Shown here: piece after piece, positions 24,899 through 39,602 of the stretch
How the letters are laid out: the number at the start of each line of letters is the position of its first letter
How positions within the stretch are numbered: the stretch's first letter is position 1
DNA from: Octopus sinensis
Lineage: Eukaryota
Reading direction: 5' to 3'
DNA: 64,000 bases
Assembly (NCBI RefSeq): GCF_006345805.1
Contig: NW_021832374.1
Span: forward strand, 124,001-188,000
Position numbers and translations under genes: made by a program
The notes under the pieces: model-generated
Databases searched by the model: none
The model's input: the letters and a program-made list of their open reading frames with translations, nothing else
What the model was told of the DNA's origin: nothing

Positions 24899-25506
24899 TG
24901 TCGCAAGCGCAGCGAGCGACCGAGCGCAGCGAGCGACCACTCAATTTCTAGATCCGATCAATCAAAAAATCTATAAATTGACAAATACCTAGGGTTGTAT
25001 TCGGGATTAATATATTCGATAACAAAAATTAAAATCGATGCCAAAGCAGAATGAGCTTTAAAACCGATTTCATAAATAAAAATAATATTTTAAAATTTAT
25101 AATTGATATTTTAGAATAATGAGAAAAAATCTAAATGCTTCATAATTTATTAAAATGTCAAAACAAGAATCTTCTGAAGGAGCACGCCTGTCAGCACAGT
25201 TCATTTTTGATTAGAAGACCTAATTTTAGAGATTAAAACGAAAAAATAACAATGAGATCTGTCAAATTATTACCCCCCCTCACAACCTAAACCAAATTAG
25301 CGTTTAGTATTCATTGATTTTACTTTTTCTATTAAGGTCTACTTATAAATTATTTTATGGGATTCAATGGAAAACTTAAGTTATTTCAATTTTAATTTTA
25401 AATCATGTTAAAATTTTAAATAATTTAATAAATATATTTGTTGATGATAGGCTTGTTAGCTGTCAAAGTCGCGTCTAGCGCTCGGTCGCGCGCTGCGCTC
25501 GCGACA
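24899..25506. mobile_element. 608-bp non-autonomous TIR element (MITE-like, superfamily unassigned)
   Basis: 29-bp TIRs TGTCGC(A/G)AGCGCAGCG(A/C)GCGACCGAGCGC with TATTA on both sides. The paralogous site in unit 2 (27197-27201) is empty. Confidence 0.9.
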
Positions 25507-25638
25507 TATTATTATTTGTGACTTTTCACAAATTAATTTAGCTTCAAACTGATTATCTTTTTTTATTATTAAAGACAAATACAATATACGGTTATCTTGT
25601 TTATAACTATCAAATTGTAAAATTTATAATAAAAGTAT

Positions 25639-26929
25639 TGAAACACTCCAATCCGGTAAAATAAACAATTTATTATATTTTAGAACAAGCCGCTGATTCC
25701 AACATCGATAAAAATATAAGTTTTTTAATTAATATTGAATTTTAGATCCTCCAGTTGACGAGAATAGTCAAAAAAATGAAGACGGAAATTTCAAAGAAGA
25801 ATGTAGTGAAGATATTTTATTTTCTTTAAGATTCTTCAAATGATGACGGAAATAATGCTAACAGTCATAGATTGTCAGATTTGTTAAATGGCCGACAACA
25901 AAATGCCGAACCAATGAGTCAGCGTTGGTCTTTATTTTTGTATTTCTTAGAATCCAACGATAAAGAAGAAAAGGGGGATAATTCAAAAAATTTGGATTCA
26001 GAAAGTCTGGGTCCATCTTTATTTTTATATTTTTAGATTCCAACAATAAAGCAGCAGAAAAAAGTGATAATTCAATAAATTCGGATCCGAAGAGTGAGGG
26101 TCCATTTTTATTTTTGTATTCTTTAGATCCAACAATAAAGAAGAAAGGGGATATTCAAAAAATTGGATCAGAAAGTCTGGGTCAATTTTATATTTTGTAT
26201 TTTTTAGATTCCAACAATAAAGGAGAAAAAAGTGATAATTCAATAAATTCGGATCCGAAGAGTGCGGGTCCATTTTTATTTTTGTATTCTTTAGATTCCA
26301 ACAATAAAGCAGAAGAAATGGGGGATAATTCAAAAAATTCGGATCCGAAGAGTCAGGGTCAATTTGTATTTTTGTAATTTATAGATTTTAACGATAAAGG
26401 AGAAGAAAAAAATGATAATAAAATAAATTCGGATCCGAAGAGTCAGGGTCAATTTTTATTTTTGTATTTTTTAGATTCGAATGATAAAGAAAAAGAAAAA
26501 AGTGATAATTTAGAAAATTCGGATTTAAAGAGTGGGGGCTGGTCTTTATTTTTTAGATTCCGATAATAAAAATGAAGATAAAATTGATAATTCAAAGAAA
26601 GGTATTTATACAATTATAAACTCATTAAACTCTAAATTATTGGAATATTTTAGTGATCAAAAATCCTGGAACTGTTGGAACTCAAAATGGTTTTTAATAT
26701 TTTGTTTTCTAAATTTTCACTGAATAATTTTAATTAAAGGCGGTGTTTTTGAGAGTAATAGCAGATTCTTTGTGATAATGTTGGTAATTTTGGTAATTCT
26801 AATCATCTTACTTATTCTCAAACGTCCGATATCGATGGTTTATTTTTTATTTTATTTTAGAAATTGTCAAATCTTTTCTCTTCTAGAACTAGAGGTCGAT
26901 ATACCGTCCTTGAAGAAAAGGTTGCTTAG
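25639..26929 (+). CDS. 5'-less duplicate of the repeat membrane-protein gene (seven repeat exons, TM and tail in frame)
   Basis: Starts mid-exon, with no signal-peptide exons. All following splice sites and the overall frame are retained down to RYTVLEEKVA* (TAG 26927-29). Confidence 0.6.
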
Positions 26930-27356
26930 ACATTAGTTGTTTTAATGTTGTTTTTCTCTTATGGTGTTAGAATTAAAATTTTCGGTTATAACTTTAATAC
27001 TCAGTTTATGTAAAATTTATTTATATAATTTGAACAAGAAGTTGATTAAAATGTCGTTTTAAGATCAATTTTTTAGATAAAGTAACGCGGCATGTTATTT
27101 TTTTAATATTTATTTTGAAACACTGTTTGTTATCATACAAAGATCTTATTTTTCTACGAATCATGAATAAACATAAAATAGACTTAGTCTTATTTATATT
27201 ATTATTTGTGACTTTTCACAAATTAATTTTAGCTTCAAACTGATTATCTTTTTTTATTATTAAAGACAAATACAAATATACGGTTATCTTGTTTATAACT
27301 ATCAACTTGTAAAATTTATAATAAAAGTATTAGTAGTAAAAATTAACGAAGATTAA

Positions 27357-28511
27357 TCAAAATTCTGTGGTCAAGTCATATCGAATTGTCGGAATAATAG
27401 TATGGACAAACTTAAGGAAAAGAACCATATAACTATTATAACCACAAAACTACTTACAAATGAACAGGCACTTCTTGTCCAGTCGCCATAATCTCTTCAA
27501 TCCTCCGCTTCATCGTATTACCGTGACTATAAACATTATACCAACTATAAACTGGCAAGGATGAATAGTCGCCATTTGTGACTTGTCCAAATTAAACGGA
27601 AATGCTTCTACCGTTATCGTCTTATTAATGTGTTGTGCACTGAAATCTTCAAACATCTCCTCGGGTGTCAAGACTACTCCTTTCTTAAATAGCTTCAAAA
27701 ACAAACTCAACATGATTAAACCCCAACAGCCACATTCTGGGGACACGATACATTCTATCATATGTCACGTACAAAGTATATGTTCTATAATTTTCTACAT
27801 AGCCAACATCTTCGGTCTCGGATTCTCCATCCTATAAAATTCATTTTTTGATAAAAAAACATCCTCAATCTCACATGCCTCCAAATCGTCCAAAGATTGA
27901 ACACATTCTCCTGTATCTCCTCCTCCCGACAAATCAATCGGCTAAAACATTAAATCAACACATTTATTGACTATTTATGAATTAATACCGGTTCGATTGA
28001 TTGGTTGTTTTGAGAAAAATGAGGAGATTTTGTATTTTTAGATAAATTATTTATATCTTCATTATTGGAGACAGATTTTTCTTCAATAAGTAAGATATCT
28101 TCGCCTTCTTCACTTATGGGGATCGTTGTTAGTGGATCATTGTCGACTCGATCAAAACAAAATACTGTTTTAAGTATTGAATTATATTAAACCATTTGTC
28201 TGACAAAGATATTGCTTATCTTGAGGCAAATAATCTTTTTTATGTTTATCATCTGCCCCACACCAATGCCAGGTTTTGCAGTTATCGGTCAAAAATTGGC
28301 CAGCAGATACAAACTTATATATTTTATATTATTATACTTCTGAAGGGGTGAGTATTCCTTTCTCGAGATATTCACTTTTCTTTGAGTATGAATAAAAATT
28401 AATTTATACAGAGATAATTGGTATTTTTTTCTCTACGGCTCTTCTTGTGTATGCTTTTACGTGGTTATAAACTCTTTCAAACTTTGGTTATAAAATATAA
28501 CAGCAAACCAT
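27357..28511 (-). CDS. ATG3: Autophagy E2-like enzyme ATG3 (multi-exon)
   Basis: EKGILTPSEFVSAGQFLTDNCKTWHW, YTLYVTYDRMYRVPRMWLLG, catalytic ATIHPC, and C-terminal YMVLFLKFVHTIIPTIRYDLTTEF*. First exon appears to be ATG only. Confidence 0.93.
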
Positions 28512-28949
28512 AACCGATATCAATTTAAATTAATATTTTATCTAGAGTTGTTCAAAATATAGATATAAATTAATTATAAATGTTTTAGAAATTCTATATT
28601 TTTGTAACAAAGTTTTTTGTGACTGAGAATAGAAAGTGTATATTTTCGATATTCACTATTTATTTGTTTTTAAGACATTCGAAATTTCAAAATCCAGGAG
28701 ATCCTTGGAAATTATTAATGTCATAGTCACGAAATAGTTTATTTTATAAAGATTTGTACTCTTGAGATTTTTCAAATTTGAACAGTCGATTGGTTCAATT
28801 TTTCTATTTTATAATCACATAAAACTTTCTAAGTAACCACAATAAACAGTTTTATTTCTGTCCACTGTTTCTGATGTCCAATCTAAAATCACAATATAAT
28901 ATTTGTTTAATTAATTGACTGTATTTTTAAAGCTGACTATATGACTGGA

Positions 28950-29150
28950 GACTAAATATTTTCATAAAACAAGGAATGGCAAATTCCTCTAAACCGACTC
29001 CTCGGTTACTGGCTTCACAATTTCGAATGACTTTTCTAATAATCTCATTTTTGAGTTTGAAATATTTTTGTCGACATTCATATTCAATTTTATTTACTCC
29101 TCTGTGTAAACCATTTCGCTTTCATTATCCAGGAATATGGCTAATTTGGG
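28950..29150 (-). mobile_element. Degenerate Ginger-like integrase zinc-finger remnant
   Basis: HRGVNKIEYECRQKYFKLKNEIIRKVIRNCEAS resembles the H2C2 finger of such integrases; surrounded by stops. Confidence 0.3.
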
Positions 29151-29876
29151 ATCAATCGTAAAGTTTGTAAATTTATTGAAAATTGACAATACCTGTCATT
29201 GATGATGGTGAAATTCTCAATCTTCTTTTAAGTCTATATTTTAGGTGCCTGGAAAGAATTTTTCTGGAAATTTATCATGTAAAACACTATTTACAAAACC
29301 CTTATAAGAATCCATTTCAACAAAATAATTGTTCATGCTAAATATCACGCTAGAAATTAGTTTGCCGCTATAAAAAATAACATCTTTATAATCATAACAT
29401 TTATAAATAAAAGGATAAAATCACAATAAAAATCGGATATACAAAATTAAATGACATTCAAAGTGATTGCTGAACAGAAGCTAAATACGAGGGAATTCTT
29501 ATTGACAATTTTACTGTTTGACTTTTTTGTTATTAGTAAATTTAATGACTTGTTCAATATACTGGTCTCTTTTCTATACCGGACAATCTCGAGAGGAATC
29601 AGTCTAAAGGAGTTTGACTGTATATCATACAAATTTTATCTGATGTTATTGCATATTTGCTAGAGTTTGACCGTCTATATAATTTTTTATGAATTGTTAT
29701 TGCTATAAAAAAATAAAAAATCTTCAACTAGCATTATTGATTGCATCCAAATCATTATATTTTTTGATGATTGTCATCTATAACACTAAATTTTAGCATT
29801 TTGTTTCTATATAATCGTTAGCCACTGTCTAACTAAAAAACGACAAAAATTGAATGTAACAAAAAGTAATCCTGCT

Positions 29877-31542
<1,666 letters not shown>

Positions 31543-31761
31543 CAAATTTTATACTACTATGGAAATAAAAATATATTTTATCACTAATTTTTTATTAATT
31601 AAAAAAACAAATTAATAATTAGCTTCAACGGAAGTAAAAATCTTTGCCACTTTTAAATCTGAAATTTTTAAGAGTATTTCTATCGAATATAAAATAAATA
31701 AAACTGTCTTCTTAAACGAATTTCGCTGTCAATTGTTAGTTCGGGTATTTTGTTCCATTTC

Positions 31762-32337
31762 TCAAATCTTGTATCTTGTCGACATAAAAGATTGTAGGGC
31801 ATACTTCTCTGACTCAAAAAAAGTGGCAACGTTTCCTTTATAAGTATTTCTACTCAATAAAACTTTGTCATTTTTGTTATGAATTTTGTAAGGATTATAT
31901 TCATCAATATTACCCGAATGTAAAAACACTCGTTGACAATTTGAATTGCTATCCTTATTCAGATTTGTCATTGGTTCTCGTTACCTTGTGATCGAAGTAT
32001 TTGAGATAATTTTCGTACTCTTGTTGTCTCATTTTCCTAATTTTTTGATAGGAAATTGATTTTATTAATTGCCGCTCCTATAAATTTAGGACTATTTTAG
32101 TTATAAGTAACTTTATTCCACTTTTTATACTGTTTTTCAAGTTTTTGAAATTGCAATTCTTCCTCCAATAAAATGACTTTGTTTATAATCTTTGATATTA
32201 AATAGCCAAGGGAATACAGAATTTATTGCAGTTTCTTTTAAACGGAATAAATTACATTCATTTAAAATCTCTTTTTGGTCCAATTCCTGTTTTATATGTA
32301 CGCTATATCTTTTATCAACATCAGTCATAATGTTCAA
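31762..32337 (-). CDS. Unidentified small multi-exon gene (putative)
   Basis: ORFs 32137-32337 and 31762-31971 lie on the same strand with intron-like AT-rich gaps; no family recognised. Confidence 0.25.
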
Positions 32338-32791
32338 AAATCTATTAAATTTTAATGTTTGTAGTTTATGAAAAATGCAATATTCAGTTTATTTACTTCG
32401 ACGATTGTCGCAATCCACTATATTTAATTATATATTGATTTTGAATCCATGGTAATGAAACCGTAATCATAAAAGGCTTATTTTTAATTTAAAAGTTTTA
32501 AAAAAATAACTACTTTTGATACGTAGTTTATTTAATTGTTTTTTAAGTGCTTTAACAAATTAAAAATAATTATTTTCTTTCTTTAAGACCAGCTGTGTCA
32601 AAAACAATTTATTTTTGGTCGAACTGCATTAATTTGAATGTTTTTTATAATATTTATTAAATTTTTTTTAGGAATTAATAAACATCAAATTTTATGAAAA
32701 CCAAGTTTTAAAATAAAATTATATTTAATTTATAAATAGTTATATTATTTTTGTTAATTTTGAATTAATTTATTCAATTACAAACACTTTT

Positions 32792-35758
32792 ATGTTGTTC
32801 TTGATTTTGGCAAGTCTAATATACAACAAAGTAATTTATATATATAAATACTTTTTTTTATTACTTAGAACTCTGAAATATCACTTCCTGACCAACTTTT
32901 ACTTATAAACACAATTGATGGACGACTTACTGCAGTAGATAAAAATACTGGACTAATCAAATGGACAATTCAAGACGGTAACATATGTTATATATATATT
33001 AACAGAACCAACAATAATAATTGAACAATTTGACTTAAAAATGTATATATTAAATAAAATAATTTTAGGAATACATTTTTTCCAAACCCACGTGATGGGT
33101 CTCTTTATTCAAGTCATGGCAAAGGGGTTAGAAAGTTGACTGCAAGTATTCCTACTTTGGCCATATCCCCGCCTACTATAACGAATGATAGACTTATATA
33201 TTCAGGTCAGTATATATATGTTATATATAGGATATAAAAAGGACTCGTGGGTTGATGTGGATCTCCAAAATGGGCAGGTTTTTGCAGAGGCTGACTCGGA
33301 TATTTGTGCTAAACACAACTCCATTTTTGGTGCCCACGTACAAATAGCAAAAATAAGTTTATAATTTATTTAATTATTTAAATATTAATTAATTAATTTA
33401 AAATAGAATATAGTGTAACAATAACAGATCGAGATACATTTAATTGCAAGTTGTATTTATGATTATTTTTCAGATCGAATATTACTTATAATCAATTTTT
33501 TGCTTCTGGGTCTGTTTCTGTGGAAAATTATGGTCATTTTTTGTCTTAATTTAAAGGTTTGAGACACTTTTCCTCCACTTTTGGAGGCATTCTGGCCACA
33601 TTAGATGCAGAGAATGGCAATTTGTTGTGGCTTCAGCATTTTGACTCTCCAATTGTAAGTATTTTTATTGTGGAGGACTCTGTATTGCTCACTGTGCCCT
33701 TCGTTACACTCGATGAGGCCACTTTTGACACAATTTTTAGCTCAAGTGGTGCTAAATTTAACCAATTTTTTGATATTTATCATCAGAATTATCAGTTTGT
33801 GTGTTTTTGTTGTATTTTTGTAGACCAATGGTTCATATTAGTAGAACTGAGACTGGATACTACTGTCTTCCCATCTGGATTGACCAAAAAGTGACCCCGT
33901 CTATTTCTGTATTCAATTTAGTCATGTGTATTAGAAGTTGCCACGGTTGACTTATTCTGAATTGATGGGCAAACAAAATGGATTGATTGTGGAGTATGTC
34001 ACATTCACAGTTTATGATGATATGTTCAGTTTATATATTTATTTTCATTTTTAGTGCCAAAAAGTCAAAATTATGAATATTTCCAGCCAAATAAGAATCA
34101 ATCTCACTCTCCTGTGAAGACTGTGGGACATGATTCATATTTGATTGTAATATTTGTGTCAATTTTGGCAACTTTGATCATTTTCTACCACATTTTTAAA
34201 GTATTGGTTATAAAATGGAAATATTATAGAAAAGTGAGCCAAAAAAAGAGATTCAAGAAATGTCGCACAATTCACACATCTCACGAGAGTCAGTTCTTGA
34301 AGTGGATGGAATTGTAAAAGTGGGCAAACTGAGTTACAATCCAGCCCACGTGATTGGGAGAGGGTGTGACGGGACTGTCGTATTTAAGTATATATATAAG
34401 TCAATATATATTCTCAGAGGTAATTTCGACCGTCGGGTTGTTGCTATCAAACGTCTAATGGCTCATAATTATGTCCTGGCAGAAAGGGAAATAAATCTGC
34501 TTATTGACTGTGATGTCCATCCGAATGTGTGCAGATATTATTTTATGGTAGTTAAATACTATTTTTTTGATTCCCGCGCTTTTTGGATTATTTTATTGTA
34601 GGAAAGTACATCGGAATTTTTGTATATTGCATTGGAGTATTGTATGGGGACTTTGCATGATTTTGTTGAAAAAAATATACAAGATGTGGATTTGAGCGGG
34701 AAAGAGTGTCTAAGACAAGCCTCATTGGGACTCGAACATCTCCATTCTCTCAAAATTGGTAGAAAAAATGGATAATTGTCAGTACATAGAGATATCAAAC
34801 CACAAAACATACTTATAACTTTTTCTGATAAAAACAAACGAGCAAAAGCAGTCATTTCTGATTTTGGGTTATGCCGATCAGTTGAAAGTGACCAAATGTC
34901 ATTTTCCCGCCACTCGGGGAATGTGGGGACCGAAGGTTGGATGGCTCCAGAAATGATCAAGTTGAATGTCGATCGGATAGTAAGCACTCTAATAGCACGT
35001 TAGTCATCCTCAGTGGACATATTCTCTCTGGGATGTGTGTTTTATTACGTGCTTTCCCACGGGCATCATCCTTTCGGGGAGTCCCTCAACCGACAGGCTC
35101 ACATTCAGGAAAATATTTTGATTTTACATCATTTGGATGCTGAACGTGATTGGATTTTGATATTTTTAGATGACCATGTGGCCAGGACACTCATTATGAG
35201 AATGTTGAGTCATGACCCTTCGAAGAGACCGAGTTGTGGAAGTGTGATGAATCAGCCTTTCTTTTGGGACTCTGCAAAAATATTGTCATTTTTTTTGGTG
35301 TATTTTTTGGTGAATTATTGTGAAAGGACACGAGTGATCGGATTGATAAACTTGATATTTCGGACGAGCTTGTACGTCGTTTGGAAAGTAATAATAAAAG
35401 TGTCATTAATTTGAGTTGGATTGACCATATTTGTGTTGCTTTAAAATCAGGTTGGATTTTGTTGACGGAATTGTAGATTTGGGGAGATTTCGTACTTATA
35501 AGGGACGATATGTGAGAGATCTGCTCAGGGCAATTCGGAATAAGGTTGGTTTAGTTTGTTATTTCGGTGTAGAAGAATCATTACGCTGAAATGCCGGATG
35601 ATGTGAAAAGGTCTTTGGGGGAAATTCCAGATGAATTTGTAAAATATTTTACCAACAGATTTCCTTACCTGCTTGTTTTTGTGTATGAGGCAATGAAAGT
35701 CTGTGCTGAAGAGCCCAATTTTCGTAAATACTACTCTGTTGATAAATCATTTTTATGA
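32792..35758 (+). CDS. ERN1: ER stress sensor kinase/endoribonuclease IRE1 (multi-exon)
   Basis: Signal peptide, lumenal LPDQLLLINTIDGRLTAVDKNTGLIKW, TM YLIVIFVSILATLIIFY, kinase IGRGCDGTVVF / VHRDIKPQNILI / SDFGLCR / GTEGWMAPE, and KEN RNase VRDLLRAIRNK..NHYAEMP...FTNRFPYLL. Confidence 0.95.
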
Positions 35759-35959
35759 ACAATGTTGGGTTTTTAATTTTTATGGATTAACTTCCTTTCT
35801 TTCTCCCCTTCTCTGGCTCTGTAAAGCTTCGAGAAGGTGCAGTCTACGTCTCTCGCTGATTAAATGTCAGGAAAGGACTGGATCGGAAAGAATCAAATGA
35901 AATACTAGCCAGAGACCTCTTAAGAACAGTTGAGACTTATCTACGCTCAGATTTCTTAA

Positions 35960-36230
35960 GTACCTCTTGTGGTATTTTGTGACCAGTCCATCCCATTTCA
36001 TCACACACGGAATGACATTGGTGCATCAGCCCTAGCTCGTTTTCAAGGAGGTTTTACTTTCTGCCTTTTCCACTTTCACTGTCTGCAATCGACCTATGCA
36101 CGTGATGTCCAACTCCACAATAACAATCTCCCACTGACATTATCGTAGACCACAATATCGGGTCTGTTGTGCTGGACAACAATCGAATGTGTGCATTAAA
36201 ATCCACCTTAATGCACACATTAGAACAAAG
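35960..36230 (-). mobile_element. R4/NeSL-like retrotransposon endonuclease-domain fragment
   Basis: Minus strand HNRPDIVVYD and frameshifted VIPCVMKWDGLVT, the same family as 14343-14850. Confidence 0.6.
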
Positions 36231-36855
36231 CTGGTAACAATTATGTTAGGCCATTGGTAATTATTTTATAGACAAAGAGAATCGATAAACTAATATCGTA
36301 CTCTGTGATGTTATTCTCTTTTGTTGAAAATAAAAATCGACAGATTATATTTTTCCATAGTATCGATATACTAATCAATATTTAAAATTGTGGAGGTTTT
36401 GCTGAAACTTGAGACTTTTTGCAATTTGTACGAGTCTAAACTGAAGCTGGGAAACATCATCGACTTGAGTTTTCTTTGGCCTGACTAAACAAGAACATAA
36501 AAAATTTGTCGAAGAAACTGATATTGTTGGAAGAAATGATATAATTTCGAGTGACTCAAAACCTGCTCTATATTCTTAGGCAAAATAATGGAAGCTGAAA
36601 GTGCTCTCAGAATTTGTTTGGTTGACTATGTACGGGAGTGGTGAATGCAGTACGACCGTTCGATTTACTTTAAGAGTTGATTTGTAGGCAAAGAAGGGAA
36701 TTCTCGTCAGTATATGAACCCATAAAGCCTTTGGGAAGACCGACTATCATTATTAGTATTATTGTGTTAGTTCAGGGACCTAAGACCGGGTTAACTGGAA
36801 AGAAGTTGGAGATAATGACTGCATCCTTTGATCTAACAATTTAGACAGTCTAGAA

Positions 36856-38052
36856 CAGAGGTTTCCAAATGGGGAGGCGCGCCTCCCTAGGGAGGCGTTG
36901 ACTCGTGTCAAGGGAGGCGCGAAAAGTATTTCAGAAACATTTTTTAGAAAATTATATCTATGTAAAAAACGTGACTATATTCCGATAATAAGAGTTATTA
37001 ATTTAAAAATTATATTTTTTCAAAAATTTATTTAATTTATTAGACAATTAAATAATTTTAACACATGAATAAATTCTTGAGTGGTTGCAAAAGAAAATTC
37101 ACGAATAATAAAGATTTTGACGATGGTTCAAAAAATCAAAATGATTGGAATATAATCAATACCACTGATTAGAAGGGTGTTTGAACTCAAAGATCAAGTT
37201 GCAGATTTTCTTGATGAAAATGATATTGAAGATGCAAAGTTGTTCAGGGATGATGACTTTATTGTCAAATTTGCCTATTTAGTTGACATTTTTGGGAAAT
37301 TGAGTATATTGAATAAATCAATGCAGGGACCACAACTACATTTATTCTCTCAAAAGGACAAAATAAAAGCATTTATGAAAAAATTGGTATTATGGAAATC
37401 AAATATACAAAAAAATATCTATGACATGTTTCCACTTTTAAACACCTTTTGCGCCATAGTGAACATTGAAGCAAACAAAGACATATTTGCTGAACATTTG
37501 GATTGTTTGTTGAAGCATTTTGCTCACTATTTTAAAGATCTCGACTGTAAAATGTTCGAATGGATACAGAATCCATTTATTGATGAAGAAGATAATCAAT
37601 TTGCATTGACAACTTTTGAAAAAGAAAAATTGATAGAATTGTCATGCGATACATTATTGAAACAAAAATTTGAGAGAGAACCGCTAATTTCTTTTTGGTT
37701 GAATGTAAGAACGGAATATGAAATTTTGTCGAATAAAGCAATGAAAGTTTTGTTGCCATTTGCTACTTCATATTTATGCGAAACTGGATTTTCTGCACTA
37801 GCTGCAATTAAATCTAAATATCGAACTCGTTTAGTAGTGACTAATGAGCTAAGAGTAGCACTCTCTGCGATGACACCAAGATTTGAAAAACTTTGCGCCA
37901 AGATGGAAAAAAAATTATCTCATTAACTTTTTGTTTTAAAAAATTGTTTTTGATAAAATAATAATTGTATTATATTATGGAATATAAAGGGAGGCGCAAG
38001 ATTGTACTTTTTCTCTAAGGGAGGCGCGTAAAAAAAAGCTTGGAAACCTCTG
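36856..38052 (+). mobile_element. hAT (Buster/ZBED5-like) transposon, internally deleted
   Basis: Perfect 13-bp TIRs CAGAGGTTTCCAA and 8-bp TSD GTCTAGAA (36848-55, 38053-60). 249-aa C-terminal ORF 37177-37926 with AYLVDIF and dimerisation motif LPFATSYLCETGFS. Confidence 0.96.
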
Positions 38053-39602
38053 GTCTAGAATATTTGTAGTACCCGATTATAGTTTTAGCCTGTTTGTCTA
38101 CCTCAAATAATGCCAGAAGAATAAATGTAGAAACTATCTTTTTAAAAGTCAAATGTTTATATCACAAATAGCTGAAGGTGATTTCATTACACCCCATTTT
38201 TTTAAATATCTCATAATATGCAGAATTATTCCGTTTGGATGTTCATAAAATTATTTATATTCAGAAACTGTATTTTGACCTAAAAAATTCAAAAATGATT
38301 ATAATTAACTGCAAATTATTGGGAAAATAATTATTCAAAAACCTCATCTTGAATGAAATCAAAGCATTTTGAGTTCCCCGCATTCCATTTTGTAGTGATT
38401 TCTAAATATTAAAAATAGAAAAAGACCAGTACTGCTATATATAAGTCGTTATATAGTGGATGGTTTTTTACGACGTTCTGCAATACTATTATGAGCGAGA
38501 GATGGGGCACCACTGAAAGTGCCATTTCAATTGCACAAAATCTAAAATACTAAGTATTAAAAATATATACAATGTGATATACTCCTTTACTTATTGGTCT
38601 TGGAATCCAATCAAAAAACATCTTTTTGACCAGACCATAACCAGATTTTGTATATTTGTATTTAATTTGTTATTATGTTTTTTTGATTTAGCATTTCTTA
38701 TTAATAGAAATTAAGAGCCCTTACGCAGGAAGAATTGCTAAGTAATTTCCGCTGACAATAGCAAAGGAGACATGCTGAAAAAATCAGCTAGTCTTTCTGT
38801 AGTTGCACCTTTTAGAGATGAACAGACTCAAAATTCTTGATATGTGATATGGATAATCAGGCCCCTATGGGCAACATTTCCTTTACGTGTTATATCCATA
38901 AAAATCAAATTAATTATATTAGTAGAACATGAATTCAATTGGAAGATCAGAAAAAGTATTTATATGGAGGTAATGAATCATTATATAGTCATTCAGAAAT
39001 CAATAAAAATTTGTGCAAAAAGGCTCTATTGCATACAATATATATAATTTCCAAAGTTTAAAATATTTCCAGATAAATCAAAATCATAAATAATGAATTT
39101 TGGGTAAATGTGACACCATTAGAAACAAATCGTTTCGAAACGTCATTTTTAAAGGTTTAAATATAGAAAGCATTAGAAAATTAGAACACAATTTATTTAA
39201 TTACAAGTAACTATCCAAATGAGATTCCCAGGCTATAGTGAGAAGTAATATCCTGACTATCTGCAAATAAGCATTTTTCTTATATTATTAATAACTACGC
39301 CGCAAATAACGTTAGTAAAGTTATCTTTCTTTTTAGTAAACTAATCACATAGCACTCATATTAAAATATCAAAAATAAAATACAAAAAGTCGACTTTTGT
39401 GAACATTATAATTGATTAGTAAATAATTTAAACCAGCAATGACTCTGAGGTTTCTTTTAAGTCAATCTTGTAGTTTTTTGCCGAGCTGCAAGTACCAATA
39501 ACATCAATGATTTAATTTTTGCTATTTATTGGTATTTTTCCACATGCTTATTTAATATGATTTGAAAGGAATAATTTTTTATGAACTTTCTTTTACTGAT
39601 TA

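Larger units (their letters stand above)
23553..27331 (+). repeat. Tandem segmental duplication (unit 1 23553-25638, unit 2 25639-27331)
   Basis: Both units begin TGAAACACTCCAATCCGG and end ...TTGTAAAATTTATAATAAAAGTATT. They are colinear apart from repeat number, a 49-bp indel and the TIR insertion in unit 1. Confidence 0.95.

Noticed and set aside
23723-26333. Minus-strand ORFs 23723-23998, 25858-26046 and 26025-26333, and + ORFs 23874-24260 and 26114-26377 as standalone proteins
   Set aside because: They are antisense shadows or intron read-throughs of the repeat array. One repeat intron (about 26358-26384) contains an in-frame TAA and another is 26 nt, supporting splicing.
38100-39560. 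Multi-pass membrane protein gene on the minus strand
   Set aside because: Hydrophobic stretches are visible, but frequent stops prevented a consistent spliced model or family assignment.
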